Origin: Candidatus Poriferihabitaceae bacterium
Lineage (GTDB): Bacteria > Pseudomonadota > Gammaproteobacteria > Arenicellales > Poriferihabitantaceae
NCBI GenBank assembly: GCA_965226545.1
Contig: OZ245364.1
Location: forward strand, 1,771,890-1,835,889
DNA: 64,000 bases
Direction of reading: 5' to 3'
Made by a program: the position numbers and the translations under genes. The notes under the pieces were generated by a model. The model made no database searches and was not told where the DNA came from. It worked only from the letters and a program-made list of their open reading frames with translations. Positions 1 to 8,338 of this stretch are shown here, piece by piece. The first letter of the stretch is position 1, and every line of letters begins with the position of its first letter.

Positions 1-1228
1 GGCGCGGTTTTTCGAAGCCGTAATATTGCGCGGCCCACATTTGATGCTGCCCGACATCGGAGGTAACAAACGCTTCGCCGCGCGTCACCTGCATCATTTT
101 TTGCACGACATATTGCGGCTTAATCACCGTGTCGCTGGGTTCATACGCAAGCGAATCCACCGCCTTCCATTGGTTAACCTCGCCCCACCAAGCATCGACC
201 GCCGCGCGGTCAATCTCGCCGACGCGCGGCTTGATGCGCGCGAGCATATCGGTCAACACCTCGGCGCAATGCCCGACAATCGGCACTTCGACCGGCACGT
301 TTTTGCCTATCGACGAAGGGTCGATGTCGATTTGCACGATGCGCGTGCCCGGCGAAAATTTTCCCAAATCGCCGGTTACGCGGTCGTCAAACCGCGCGCC
401 GACCGCCAACATCACGTCGCAATCGTGCATCGCCATGTTGGATTCATAAGTGCCATGCATGCCGAGCATGCCGAGAAAATGCGGGTCGGATGCGGCAATC
501 GCGCCCAGCCCCATCAACGTGGTGGTCGCCGGGAATTTCAGCAACGCCAACAATTCGCGCAACGCCGACTCGGCCTCGCCGAGTATCACGCCGCCGCCGG
601 TGTAAATAATCGGCCGCTTGGCTGACAACAATAATTCGACGCCGCGCGCAATCTGCCGCCCATGCCCCTTGTGATGCGGCTGATACGAACGCATCTCGAC
701 GCTGCGCGGATAATGATATTCGGCGCGCTCGTTGGTGATGTCCTTGGGGATGTCGACCACGACCGGCCCGGGGCGCCCCGAAGCGGCGATGTAAAACGCC
801 TTCTTCATCGTCACTGCGATGTCTTCGACGCGCTTGACCAAAAAATTATGCTTGACGCAAGGCCGGGTGATGCCGACCGTATCGACCTCTTGGAAGGCGT
901 CGTCGCCGATTAATGTCGACGGCACTTGCGCGGTAATCACCACCATCGGAATCGAATCCATATAGGCCGTGGCGATGCCGGTCACGGTGTTGGTCACGCC
1001 CGGCCCCGAAGTCACCAACACCACCCCCGGCTTGCCCACCGACCGCGCATAACCGTCGGCGGCGTGCGTCGCCCCCTGCTCATGGCGCACCAAAATGTGC
1101 TTCACCTTATCCTGCTTGTAAAGCGCGTCATAAATATGCAGCGCCGCCCCGCCCGGATACCCAAAGATGTACTCAATATTCTCGTCCTGCAAACAACGAA
1201 CGATGATGTCAGCGCCGGTTATTGTCAC
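1..1228 (-). CDS. ilvI: acetolactate synthase (acetohydroxy-acid synthase) large subunit, N-terminal about 409 codons; the gene continues past the window start
   Basis: Minus-strand reading from GTG at 1228 gives MTITGADIIVRCLQDENIEYIFGYPGGAALHIYDAL..GVTNTVTGIATAYMDSIPMVVITAQVPSTLIGDDAFQEVDTVGITRPCVKHNFLV..RPGPVVVDIPKD, the classic ThDP/AHAS pattern. The frame is open to base 1, so it is absent from the ORF track. Confidence 0.85.
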   Translation of the reverse strand, partial: MTITGADIIVRCLQDENIEYIFGYPGGAALHIYDALYKQDKVKHILVRHEQGATHAADGYARSVGKPGVVLVTSGPGVTNTVTGIATAYMDSIPMVVITAQVPSTLIGDDAFQEVDTVGITRPCVKHNFLVKRVEDIAVTMKKAFYIAASGRPGPVVVDIPKDITNERAEYHYPRSVEMRSYQPHHKGHGRQIARGVELLLSAKRPIIYTGGGVILGEAESALRELLALLKFPATTTLMGLGAIAASDPHFLGMLGMHGTYESNMAMHDCDVMLAVGARFDDRVTGDLGKFSPGTRIVQIDIDPSSIGKNVPVEVPIVGHCAEVLTDMLARIKPRVGEIDRAAVDAWWGEVNQWKAVDSLAYEPSDTVIKPQYVVQKMMQVTRGEAFVTSDVGQHQMWAAQYYGFEKPR

Positions 1229-1363
1229 AATGCACTCGCGGATTGAATGGTCGAATTTACGCAACGGATTGGATGTGGGGGAGTATAGCGTAAATGTGGG
1301 GGTGGGGACACAACTGGCGGGGGTGAGTCGGGTGTCATCCATGCTCGATGTTGTTGCTTAGGT

Positions 1364-1924
1364 CTACCTTGGAACTTTCGTCGAGATTTTTTTCCGCAAG
1401 TCATCAGGCGACAATACCTCGACGTTTTCCAGCAATTGTTTGCCGATTACGCCGGTTAAATCGCCCCGTAAAGAATCTTTCATGTTGTCGAAATATATTT
1501 TGTCATCGTCGCTTTCCATTTTTCCGGCGACAAGCCAAAACTCGAATGCTCGATGCTCGAACAGTTTTTTTGCCTCGGTGTTTTTTGCCGATAAACGACA
1601 CAGCACCAGCATTGAGCCGTATGCTTTGAGTTGGTTTTCATCGCGAATTCGTTTGTTGACGATGTCATCTTTATCATTATCATCTAAGCAAGAGTACTCG
1701 TCTCGCACCATAGTGACAGTGCTCAACAAATCCGTTTCTTCAAGAAGAACAACGGCTTGATTGGTCGCCACAAAATAGTCACAACAATGTACTGTGCCTA
1801 ATCCAACATCGTCGCGCATATCAGTTGGCTCTCCAGACCCATCCATTCGATAGGCCGGATATTTACTTTTAATCTTTTTTTCACCGACAACAATCGGCTC
1901 CCTGTATTTTTCGAGTGACATCAC
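1364..1924 (-). CDS. hypothetical 186-aa protein, translationally coupled partner of the downstream twin ATPase
   Basis: ORF track entry. Its ATG overlaps the stop of the 1921-3312 ATPase by 4 nt. It is AT-richer than the flanks. I recognise no domain; there is a weak E..DxD pattern (IVVGEKK .. CLDDNDKDD). Confidence 0.6.
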   Translation of the reverse strand: MMSLEKYREPIVVGEKKIKSKYPAYRMDGSGEPTDMRDDVGLGTVHCCDYFVATNQAVVLLEETDLLSTVTMVRDEYSCLDDNDKDDIVNKRIRDENQLKAYGSMLVLCRLSAKNTEAKKLFEHRAFEFWLVAGKMESDDDKIYFDNMKDSLRGDLTGVIGKQLLENVEVLSPDDLRKKISTKVPR

Positions 1925-3312
1925 AACCCCGCCGTATACAAATCAGCAAAGGGTTTGGTCAATTCTCTTTTAATCGCCGCCATTTTGTCGTCAAAATCTT
2001 GACCATCAGCATCTTCGTTGTTAATCGGAAACTTGTTTAGGGCGATTAACTCTTTAGCATCAGGATTCTTTTTGGCATGCACTTCCAGCCATTTAAGAAT
2101 ATCCGGGCTGTGGGTGGCGATGACGACATGCACACCTTTTTCGGCGAGTGCAAACAAAGCCTTCGCCATAGTAACCTGCCACTCCGGATGAAGGTGGGCT
2201 TCCGGTTCATCAATGAAGAGAATGGAAGTCTCGTCCAATACTTTGCGTTCAATCAACAAAGCCAATACACCAAGATTAGTGGTGCCCATCGCAGTCGTCG
2301 ACAACGGAAACTTGCGTCCATTTTCCACAAACAGCAAGTTACCATCATCTGCAATAGTAATTTTTCCGCCCATCACTTTGTCCCCGGTCAAATTTTCATA
2401 AACATCCGAGAAAGCCATCTCACCTGTTTGGTCGAGTCGCAACGACCGAGCGAGGTCATAAAAATATTCCGGGATTCCAGTGATTCGCTTTCTCGCACTT
2501 AGCCAGTTCCACCCGCCAAGACGAACATCTTCCAAGGCATTTTTTAATTTCCAGTACACTGGAGACTCGAGATATGCAACTCTGGAGTATGCCTGCAACT
2601 CCATCAAGCCAGCGTGACTCATGTCAATACGAAACCTATTGTTTTCGATTTCCAGCATACCCAAATTGTCGATGTCAACCTTGGCTATCTGGTCTTTATT
2701 GCCCAGCAAATCCACAAGGTTTGGCACTTGGAAATTCTGAATCAGATTACTTGCAATCTTAGATTGCATTCCTTGTGCCAACAAATCCGAGGCGTTAACC
2801 TCCTCAAGGATTTTTTGTAAATTACCCAACTTTTCATCCAGTTCTTCCCAATATTTTTTAAAATCGTCTGCCGAAATCAACAAAGTTCTTTCGAGATTGC
2901 GCGGACATTTTCGAATGCCATCAATAGCATTTCGCACAGTTTCAATTTCTCGGATGATTTTTTGAGTAATTTCTTTAATCTTCCCGACATTATCAGCGGT
3001 AAAATTCTTAAATGCGTCTTCAATTTTTGCAATATGTCCAAAAATTGAGTTCACTTCTTCGTCCTCCAACTCGTTCATGGACAAAAACCGCATCATCTTA
3101 CCGAACGTGCGCGTTTCAGTGACAGGTTTCATTAAATTTTTAAAGTAAACGTCCGCATGATTCGCGTTCATCGCATCGAAAATCGAATACATCAACTTCG
3201 ACACAAAACTTTTGCCCGTGTTGTTAGGACCAGCAAGAACGGTAAACTGCCCGAACTCCAACTTGGCGTCGGTCAATTTACCAATATTCTTAATGTGAAC
3301 ATTAAATTTCAT
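1921..3312 (-). CDS. ABC/AAA15-type ATPase with intact motifs and a long helical insertion (SMC/OLD/PARIS-AriA-like architecture)
   Basis: Walker A is LAGPNNTGKSF. The C-terminal half carries STTAMGTTNLGVLALLIE, Walker B plus D-loop ILFIDEPEAHLHPEWQ, and H-loop IATHSP. The roughly 300 aa between the motifs are charged and helical. Confidence 0.8.
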   Translation of the reverse strand: MKFNVHIKNIGKLTDAKLEFGQFTVLAGPNNTGKSFVSKLMYSIFDAMNANHADVYFKNLMKPVTETRTFGKMMRFLSMNELEDEEVNSIFGHIAKIEDAFKNFTADNVGKIKEITQKIIREIETVRNAIDGIRKCPRNLERTLLISADDFKKYWEELDEKLGNLQKILEEVNASDLLAQGMQSKIASNLIQNFQVPNLVDLLGNKDQIAKVDIDNLGMLEIENNRFRIDMSHAGLMELQAYSRVAYLESPVYWKLKNALEDVRLGGWNWLSARKRITGIPEYFYDLARSLRLDQTGEMAFSDVYENLTGDKVMGGKITIADDGNLLFVENGRKFPLSTTAMGTTNLGVLALLIERKVLDETSILFIDEPEAHLHPEWQVTMAKALFALAEKGVHVVIATHSPDILKWLEVHAKKNPDAKELIALNKFPINNEDADGQDFDDKMAAIKRELTKPFADLYTAGL

Positions 3313-3342
3313 TTCGTTGCGTATCCGGTTGCGGGCGCGGCG

Positions 3343-3373
3343 ATTATAGCACTTTAAACATCACCTCTTGCAA
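3343..3373 (-). promoter_or_regulatory. candidate sigma70 promoter with extended -10 in the spacer between the two ATPase paralogues
   Basis: The minus strand reads TTGCAA-19 nt-(TGc)TATAAT, about 30 nt upstream of the ATG at 3312. The 19-nt spacing is long, which is partly offset by the TGn extended -10. Confidence 0.35.
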
Positions 3374-3394
3374 ACAAAACACCCACCGCCCCAC

Positions 3395-4786
3395 CTACAA
3401 CTCAACCAAATCCAAATCCGTAAACGGCTTAACAAATTCCTTTTTAATCGCCGTCATCTTTTCGTCAAAATTTTGATGCGCGGCTTGTTCGTTGTTGATC
3501 GGGAATTGGTTGAGGGCGATTAACGCCTTGTCCTGCGGGTTCTTTTTGGCTTGCACTTCCAGCCATTTAATAATGTACGGGCTGTGGGTGGTGATGGCGA
3601 TGTGTACGCCTTCGGATGCCAAGGCGAACAGCGTTTCGGCCATTAAGACCTGCCACGCGGGATGCAGATGCGCTTCGGGTTTGTCGATGAACAGAATCGA
3701 GTTTTCGTTTAATAGTTTGCGCTCCATCAACAACGCCAACATGCCGAGATTAACGGCGCCGGCGGATGCCGACAGCAGCAATGATTTGCGCTTGCCGGCA
3801 AATTCCCATTCGCCGTAATCGGGCACTTCGATTTTGCCGTCGATGGTTTGCTTGCCGGTTAACTTTCGATGCAATTCCGCAAACGCCGGGCGCCCGCTGC
3901 GGCCGGCTTTCAACGCATGCGCGAGGTCGTAAAACGATTTCGAAACCCCGTCGGCGTTGTCGTATAAATGCACATTGCGCAATTCGCGCCGGTTGAGATG
4001 AAAATATCTCAGCGATGGCATCAGTTGCCAATGCACCGCGGAATCCAAATACCACACATTGCAATCCGATTGCATTTGCGGCAAGGCGGCGTGGCTGATG
4101 ACGTTTTGCAAATCGCCGTTTTGGATTGCAAACATTTGCATCTCGCCGATATCGACCGAACTCGGCTTGCGTCGCTTGCTCGGCAACTCGGCGACACTTT
4201 TTACCTGAAACGCCTGCTGCATATTGTGGTCGAGTTGATGCTGTACGCCGCCGTCCAAAAAATCCGCAAAGTTGGTTTCCTGCAACGCCGTTTGCATTTC
4301 GCGCAGACGGTCATCGAATTCCTGCCAGTGTTTATTGACATCGCGCAACCGCACCGGCAACGTGCGTTCGTTTTCCTCCGCAGGGCGATGCAAATCCTCG
4401 GCGGCTTCGCGGATGGCTTCAACGTTTTCGATAATGCCGGCAATAATCGCGTTAAATTCATCGACATCATCCGCGGCAAAATCGGTAAACGCCGTCTCCA
4501 TTTTTTCGATGTTGTCAAAGATAATGTTAACTTCCTCGACATCCGATTTGCCAAAGGTCGAATAATTAATTTCGCGCAACAAATGCGCGCCGGCCACCGG
4601 GCGGAATAATTTGCGCAAATACGCATCCGCGTGATTCGAGTTAATGGCGTCAAAAATCGCATGCATCAACTGCAATGCAAAACGCTTGCCGGTATCGTTA
4701 TGCCCGACAAACACGGTAAACCGCCCAAACTCCAATTTGGAGTCGGTCAATTTACCAATGTTCTTAACATGAAAATCGAGTTTCAT
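3395..4786 (-). CDS. ABC/AAA15-type ATPase paralogue with degenerate nucleotide-binding motifs (predicted catalytically impaired)
   Basis: Same length (463 aa) as and collinear with the 1921-3312 product. Walker A reads FVGHNDTGKRF (Arg where Ser/Thr is expected). Walker B reads ILFIDKPEAHLHP (Lys where the catalytic Glu is expected). The H-loop TTHSP is retained. Confidence 0.75.
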   Translation of the reverse strand: MKLDFHVKNIGKLTDSKLEFGRFTVFVGHNDTGKRFALQLMHAIFDAINSNHADAYLRKLFRPVAGAHLLREINYSTFGKSDVEEVNIIFDNIEKMETAFTDFAADDVDEFNAIIAGIIENVEAIREAAEDLHRPAEENERTLPVRLRDVNKHWQEFDDRLREMQTALQETNFADFLDGGVQHQLDHNMQQAFQVKSVAELPSKRRKPSSVDIGEMQMFAIQNGDLQNVISHAALPQMQSDCNVWYLDSAVHWQLMPSLRYFHLNRRELRNVHLYDNADGVSKSFYDLAHALKAGRSGRPAFAELHRKLTGKQTIDGKIEVPDYGEWEFAGKRKSLLLSASAGAVNLGMLALLMERKLLNENSILFIDKPEAHLHPAWQVLMAETLFALASEGVHIAITTHSPYIIKWLEVQAKKNPQDKALIALNQFPINNEQAAHQNFDEKMTAIKKEFVKPFTDLDLVEL

Positions 4787-4837
4787 TTGGTTGCCTCATA
4801 GTGCGCACGGTAACTTCGAAACGTTAACACAAACACC

Positions 4838-6166
4838 TTACCCCAACCCGCCCTGCAACTGCGCCATCATCCGCTTCATCCCGCCTTTGCCGGCGCGTTT
4901 TAGCATCTTTTGGGTTTGGGTGAATTGTTTGAGCAGGCGGTTGACCTCCTGCACCTGCACGCCAGCGCCGGCGGCGACGCGTTTTTTGCGGGTGGCGCGC
5001 AGGATGTCGGGGCGACGGCGTTCGCCCGGGGTCATGGAATCGATGATGGCGATGTTGCGGGTGAATTGTTTTTCGTCGAGTTGTGATGCGGTTTGGGCGG
5101 CGCGGCTCGGGAGTTTTTCGGCGATGGCTTTAAGCCCGCCCATCTTTTGCATTTGCGCGAGTTGTTCGCGGAAATCGGCGAGCGTGAAGCCTTTGCCGCG
5201 CGCGACTTTGTCCGCGAGTTGTTTGGCTTGTTGGTCGTCGGCTTGGCGTTGGGCGTCTTCGACCAGCGACAGCACATCGCCCATGCCCAAAATGCGCGCG
5301 GCGATGCGTTGCGGATGAAACGGCTCGAGTGCATCGAGACGTTCGCCGACGCCGATGAATTTAATCGGCTTGCCGGTGACATGGCGAATCGACAACGCCG
5401 CGCCGCCGCGCGCGTCGCCGTCGGTTTTGGTCAGCACGACGCCGGTGAATGCAACCGCGTCATTAAACGCGCGCGCGCTGTTGACCGCATCCTGCCCGCT
5501 CATGCTGTCGACCACGAATAAAGTTTCGACCGGCGCGGTGGCGTCGCGGATTTGGCGAATCTCATCCATCATTTGCGCATCGACATGCAAGCGCCCGGCG
5601 GTGTCAATCAACACCACATCCATCGCCATTTTGCGCGCCTGGGTTACGCCGTCGCGCGCAAGTTGCACCGCGTCGACATCATCGCGATGAAAAAATTGCG
5701 CGCCGACTTCATCGGACAATCGACGCAATTGTTCGACCGCGGCCGGACGCTGCAGGTCGGCGGCGACGGTCATCACTTTTTTGCGGCGCTCGCCGAGCAG
5801 GTGCGCAAGTTTGCCGACTGTGGTGGTTTTGCCCGCGCCTTGTTGCCCGGCGACCAACACCACCGCCGGCGGTTCAGCCGCGAGATTTAATTCATCGCAA
5901 GCCGCGCCCATCAACTCGACCAATTCATCGCGCACCACCGCAATCACCGCCTGCGCCGGCGATACGCTGCGCAACACTTCGCCGCCAACCGCGCGCGCTT
6001 TAACGCCATCGATAAATTCGCGCACCACATCCAACGACACATCGGCTTCGAGCAACGCCACGCGCACTTCACGAAGCGCGGCGGTGACGTTGTCTTCACT
6101 CAACCGCCCCTTGCCGCGCAAGTTGCGGAAGGTGGCGGTCAAGCGGTCGCTGAGTTGGGTGAACAT
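4838..6166 (-). CDS. ffh: signal recognition particle protein Ffh
   Basis: MFTQLSDRLTATFRNLRGKGRLSEDNV.., GQQGAGKTTT P-loop, DTAGR, TKTDGDARGG, and a Met-rich C-terminal M domain. Confidence 0.95.
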   Translation of the reverse strand: MFTQLSDRLTATFRNLRGKGRLSEDNVTAALREVRVALLEADVSLDVVREFIDGVKARAVGGEVLRSVSPAQAVIAVVRDELVELMGAACDELNLAAEPPAVVLVAGQQGAGKTTTVGKLAHLLGERRKKVMTVAADLQRPAAVEQLRRLSDEVGAQFFHRDDVDAVQLARDGVTQARKMAMDVVLIDTAGRLHVDAQMMDEIRQIRDATAPVETLFVVDSMSGQDAVNSARAFNDAVAFTGVVLTKTDGDARGGAALSIRHVTGKPIKFIGVGERLDALEPFHPQRIAARILGMGDVLSLVEDAQRQADDQQAKQLADKVARGKGFTLADFREQLAQMQKMGGLKAIAEKLPSRAAQTASQLDEKQFTRNIAIIDSMTPGERRRPDILRATRKKRVAAGAGVQVQEVNRLLKQFTQTQKMLKRAGKGGMKRMMAQLQGGLG

Positions 6167-6444
6167 AGTTGGGTGGGCGTTAAATGACGGTGCGAGTCGG
6201 CGGTATAATTAGCGCGCGGTGTTGCAGTTCGCGCGCGAAATTTTATCGTGACGATTCATTATTAACGATATTAACAATTCGATTGTAAAGTTCACTTAAC
6301 AAAGTTTTTTGTAACATTTGATTGGTAAAAGTTTATTGATACAAGTTTACTTTTAAAGTGCACTTGTAAAGTTTATTTTCACAGTTAAGTTATAACATTG
6401 ATTAACATTACTCACACCATCACTTACACTTCATCAGGTGCGCA

Positions 6445-7299
6445 TTGATGTGGATGATGATTGTTGCCGCGGGGTTGTACAGCGCAATCAGCGCATTGAT
6501 TTGGCGGCGCATTGCCGTCGATGAACGGCGGTTTGCGCGGCGGGCAATTTCATGGGGCGGCTTGCATGCCTTGACCGCCGTCGCCGGCGGATTGCATGGT
6601 TGGCAATTATACCGCAACATCGTCGGTGTCGATGTCTTCAACTTGGCGCTCGGTCATTTCGTATCGTTGGTTGCATGGATGGGCGTTGTGTTGTATTGGT
6701 GCGTTGCGTTGTACAGCCGCCGCATCGCGCGCGCGACCGGCGCGCCATCGACCGCGATTCCATCGCTCGGCGTCATCGTGTTGCCGCTTGGGTTGCTCGG
6801 ATTATTAATTGGCGAGTTGGCGCCGGGCAATGTTTTTTTACTCGATGAATTTGTGCGCGGCATTGGTCGACATTTAATCATCGCGGTTGCCGCGTATGCG
6901 GTGCTCAGCATTGCATTTGCTCAAGCGTTACTTTTATGGCTACAGGAAAAACAATTGCGCCAACCGCGCCCGTCCGGTTTTTTTGCCGCCTTGCCGGCGT
7001 TGCAGACAATGGAGACGACGTTGTTTCGGTTGACGCTGCTCGGTTTTGTATTGCTCAGCGTCAACTTAATCACCGGCATGCGCGCGGTGCTCGAAAACTA
7101 CGATGCATTTTTATTGTTCAATCATCACATCCTTTTCGCGCTGCTCGCTTGGGGCGGCTTCGGTGCATTGTTAAGCGGTCGCGCAATATTCGGTTGGCGC
7201 GGACAAACCGCGGCGAAGTGGACGATGGCGGCATTCGGGTTGTTGGTGCTGGCGTATTTCGGCGCGCGCTTTGTCGGCGGCGTGTTGTTGGCGGGTTAA
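6445..7299 (+). CDS. ypjD: CcsA/YpjD-family cytochrome c assembly-like inner membrane protein
   Basis: Polytopic hydrophobic 284-aa protein divergent from ffh, as ypjD is in E. coli. Confidence 0.7.
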   Translation: MMWMMIVAAGLYSAISALIWRRIAVDERRFARRAISWGGLHALTAVAGGLHGWQLYRNIVGVDVFNLALGHFVSLVAWMGVVLYWCVALYSRRIARATGAPSTAIPSLGVIVLPLGLLGLLIGELAPGNVFLLDEFVRGIGRHLIIAVAAYAVLSIAFAQALLLWLQEKQLRQPRPSGFFAALPALQTMETTLFRLTLLGFVLLSVNLITGMRAVLENYDAFLLFNHHILFALLAWGGFGALLSGRAIFGWRGQTAAKWTMAAFGLLVLAYFGARFVGGVLLAG

Positions 7300-7369
7300 G
7301 GTGTAACTTGAAAGTAACTTGTGACGCATTTATGAATCGCGCTTACGACTCGCACTTGCACCCTGTCGA

Positions 7370-8179
7370 TTAACCCGACACATTCATCGAAGCGTTACTC
7401 GATGCCTTAACCGACGGCGTCGCCACCTGATTGCGCACATAACTTGCGCGCACTTCAAGCGGCGAGATTGCCGCATCGATTCGTTGCGCCGCAATCCGCG
7501 CAACAATTTCGGCTTGCGGATTTCGATTAACGATATGCATCGCCGGCGTCGGCAATTCATTTTGATACGCCGCCCAACCGCCGCCCACCGCCGTCGCCGC
7601 CCCGGGCAACACCAATTCACGCGGCGCGATTAACGACGGCGCAATTAATTCACGCGGCGGTTGCGCAACGTCGACTTGATAATGCGCATAATAAATTTGA
7701 TGCATACGCGCATCGATGGCCGGCAATACGCTGTATGTTTTTTTACCGTCGTGTGCGACTTTGTCACTGTCACTGTTACTGTTACTGTCACCGTCGCTGT
7801 CGGCATTGTCATCACCGTCACTGTTACTGTCACCGTCACCCGTTAACTTTGTTGACTGCGTCACCACCGATTGCGCCAACGCCTCGAGCGAACCAACCGC
7901 AATCACCTTCAACTGCGCCGCATAGCCAAGCCCTTGCGCAACGCCGATGCCGAGGCGCACGCCGGTAAATGAACCCGGCCCGACATCGACCGCAATCGCG
8001 GTTAACGCCGACAATTCGATGTTGCGTTCCGCCAACAACGAATCCACCATCGACAAAATCAACCGCGAATGCGCGCGCGAATGTTCGATGCGTTGCGTAA
8101 GCACATCATCCATCAACAACGCCGCCGAACAACTTTCGGTTACGGTGTCGATTGCAAGCAGACGCGGCGCAGTTGACAT
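7370..8179 (-). CDS. tsaB: tRNA threonylcarbamoyladenosine (t6A) biosynthesis protein TsaB, with a D/S/N/G low-complexity insert
   Basis: LLAIDTVTESCSAALL.., VDVGPGSFTGVRLGIGVAQGL. I prefer the ATG at 8179 over the TTG at 8197. It is adjacent to yoaA, as in E. coli. Confidence 0.85.
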   Translation of the reverse strand: MSTAPRLLAIDTVTESCSAALLMDDVLTQRIEHSRAHSRLILSMVDSLLAERNIELSALTAIAVDVGPGSFTGVRLGIGVAQGLGYAAQLKVIAVGSLEALAQSVVTQSTKLTGDGDSNSDGDDNADSDGDSNSNSDSDKVAHDGKKTYSVLPAIDARMHQIYYAHYQVDVAQPPRELIAPSLIAPRELVLPGAATAVGGGWAAYQNELPTPAMHIVNRNPQAEIVARIAAQRIDAAISPLEVRASYVRNQVATPSVKASSNASMNVSG

Positions 8180-8201
8180 TCGAATAAGTGGAATCAATAA
8201 A

Positions 8202-8272
8202 GTTAATTCGTAAACGTTAATTCACAAACGTTAATTTACAAATGTTAATTCGCCAATGTTAATTCGATAAAC
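8202..8272. repeat. 5 x 14-bp degenerate tandem repeat (GTTAATTCNNAAAY)
   Basis: gttaattcgtaaac gttaattcacaaac gttaatttacaaat gttaattcgccaat gttaattcgataaac, lying immediately upstream of tsaB. Confidence 0.9.
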
Positions 8273-8338
8273 TGCGCGCGACACAGTTCAACAGTTCACT
8301 CGATACACCGCACTCGACACACTTCATCCCGCCAAACT

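Noticed and set aside
26-1246. Plus-strand track ORFs (26-625, 129-449, 662-913, 926-1246) at the window start
   Set aside because: They are Arg/His/Pro-rich shadow frames opposite a clean acetolactate-synthase reading frame on the minus strand, which is open to base 1 and therefore missing from the track.
8202-8272. Possible CRISPR arrays at the tandem-repeat tracts (also 51639-51849 and 11873-11990)
   Set aside because: The repeats are contiguous with no unique spacers, the units are too short (12-21 bp) and degenerate, and there are no cas genes in the window.
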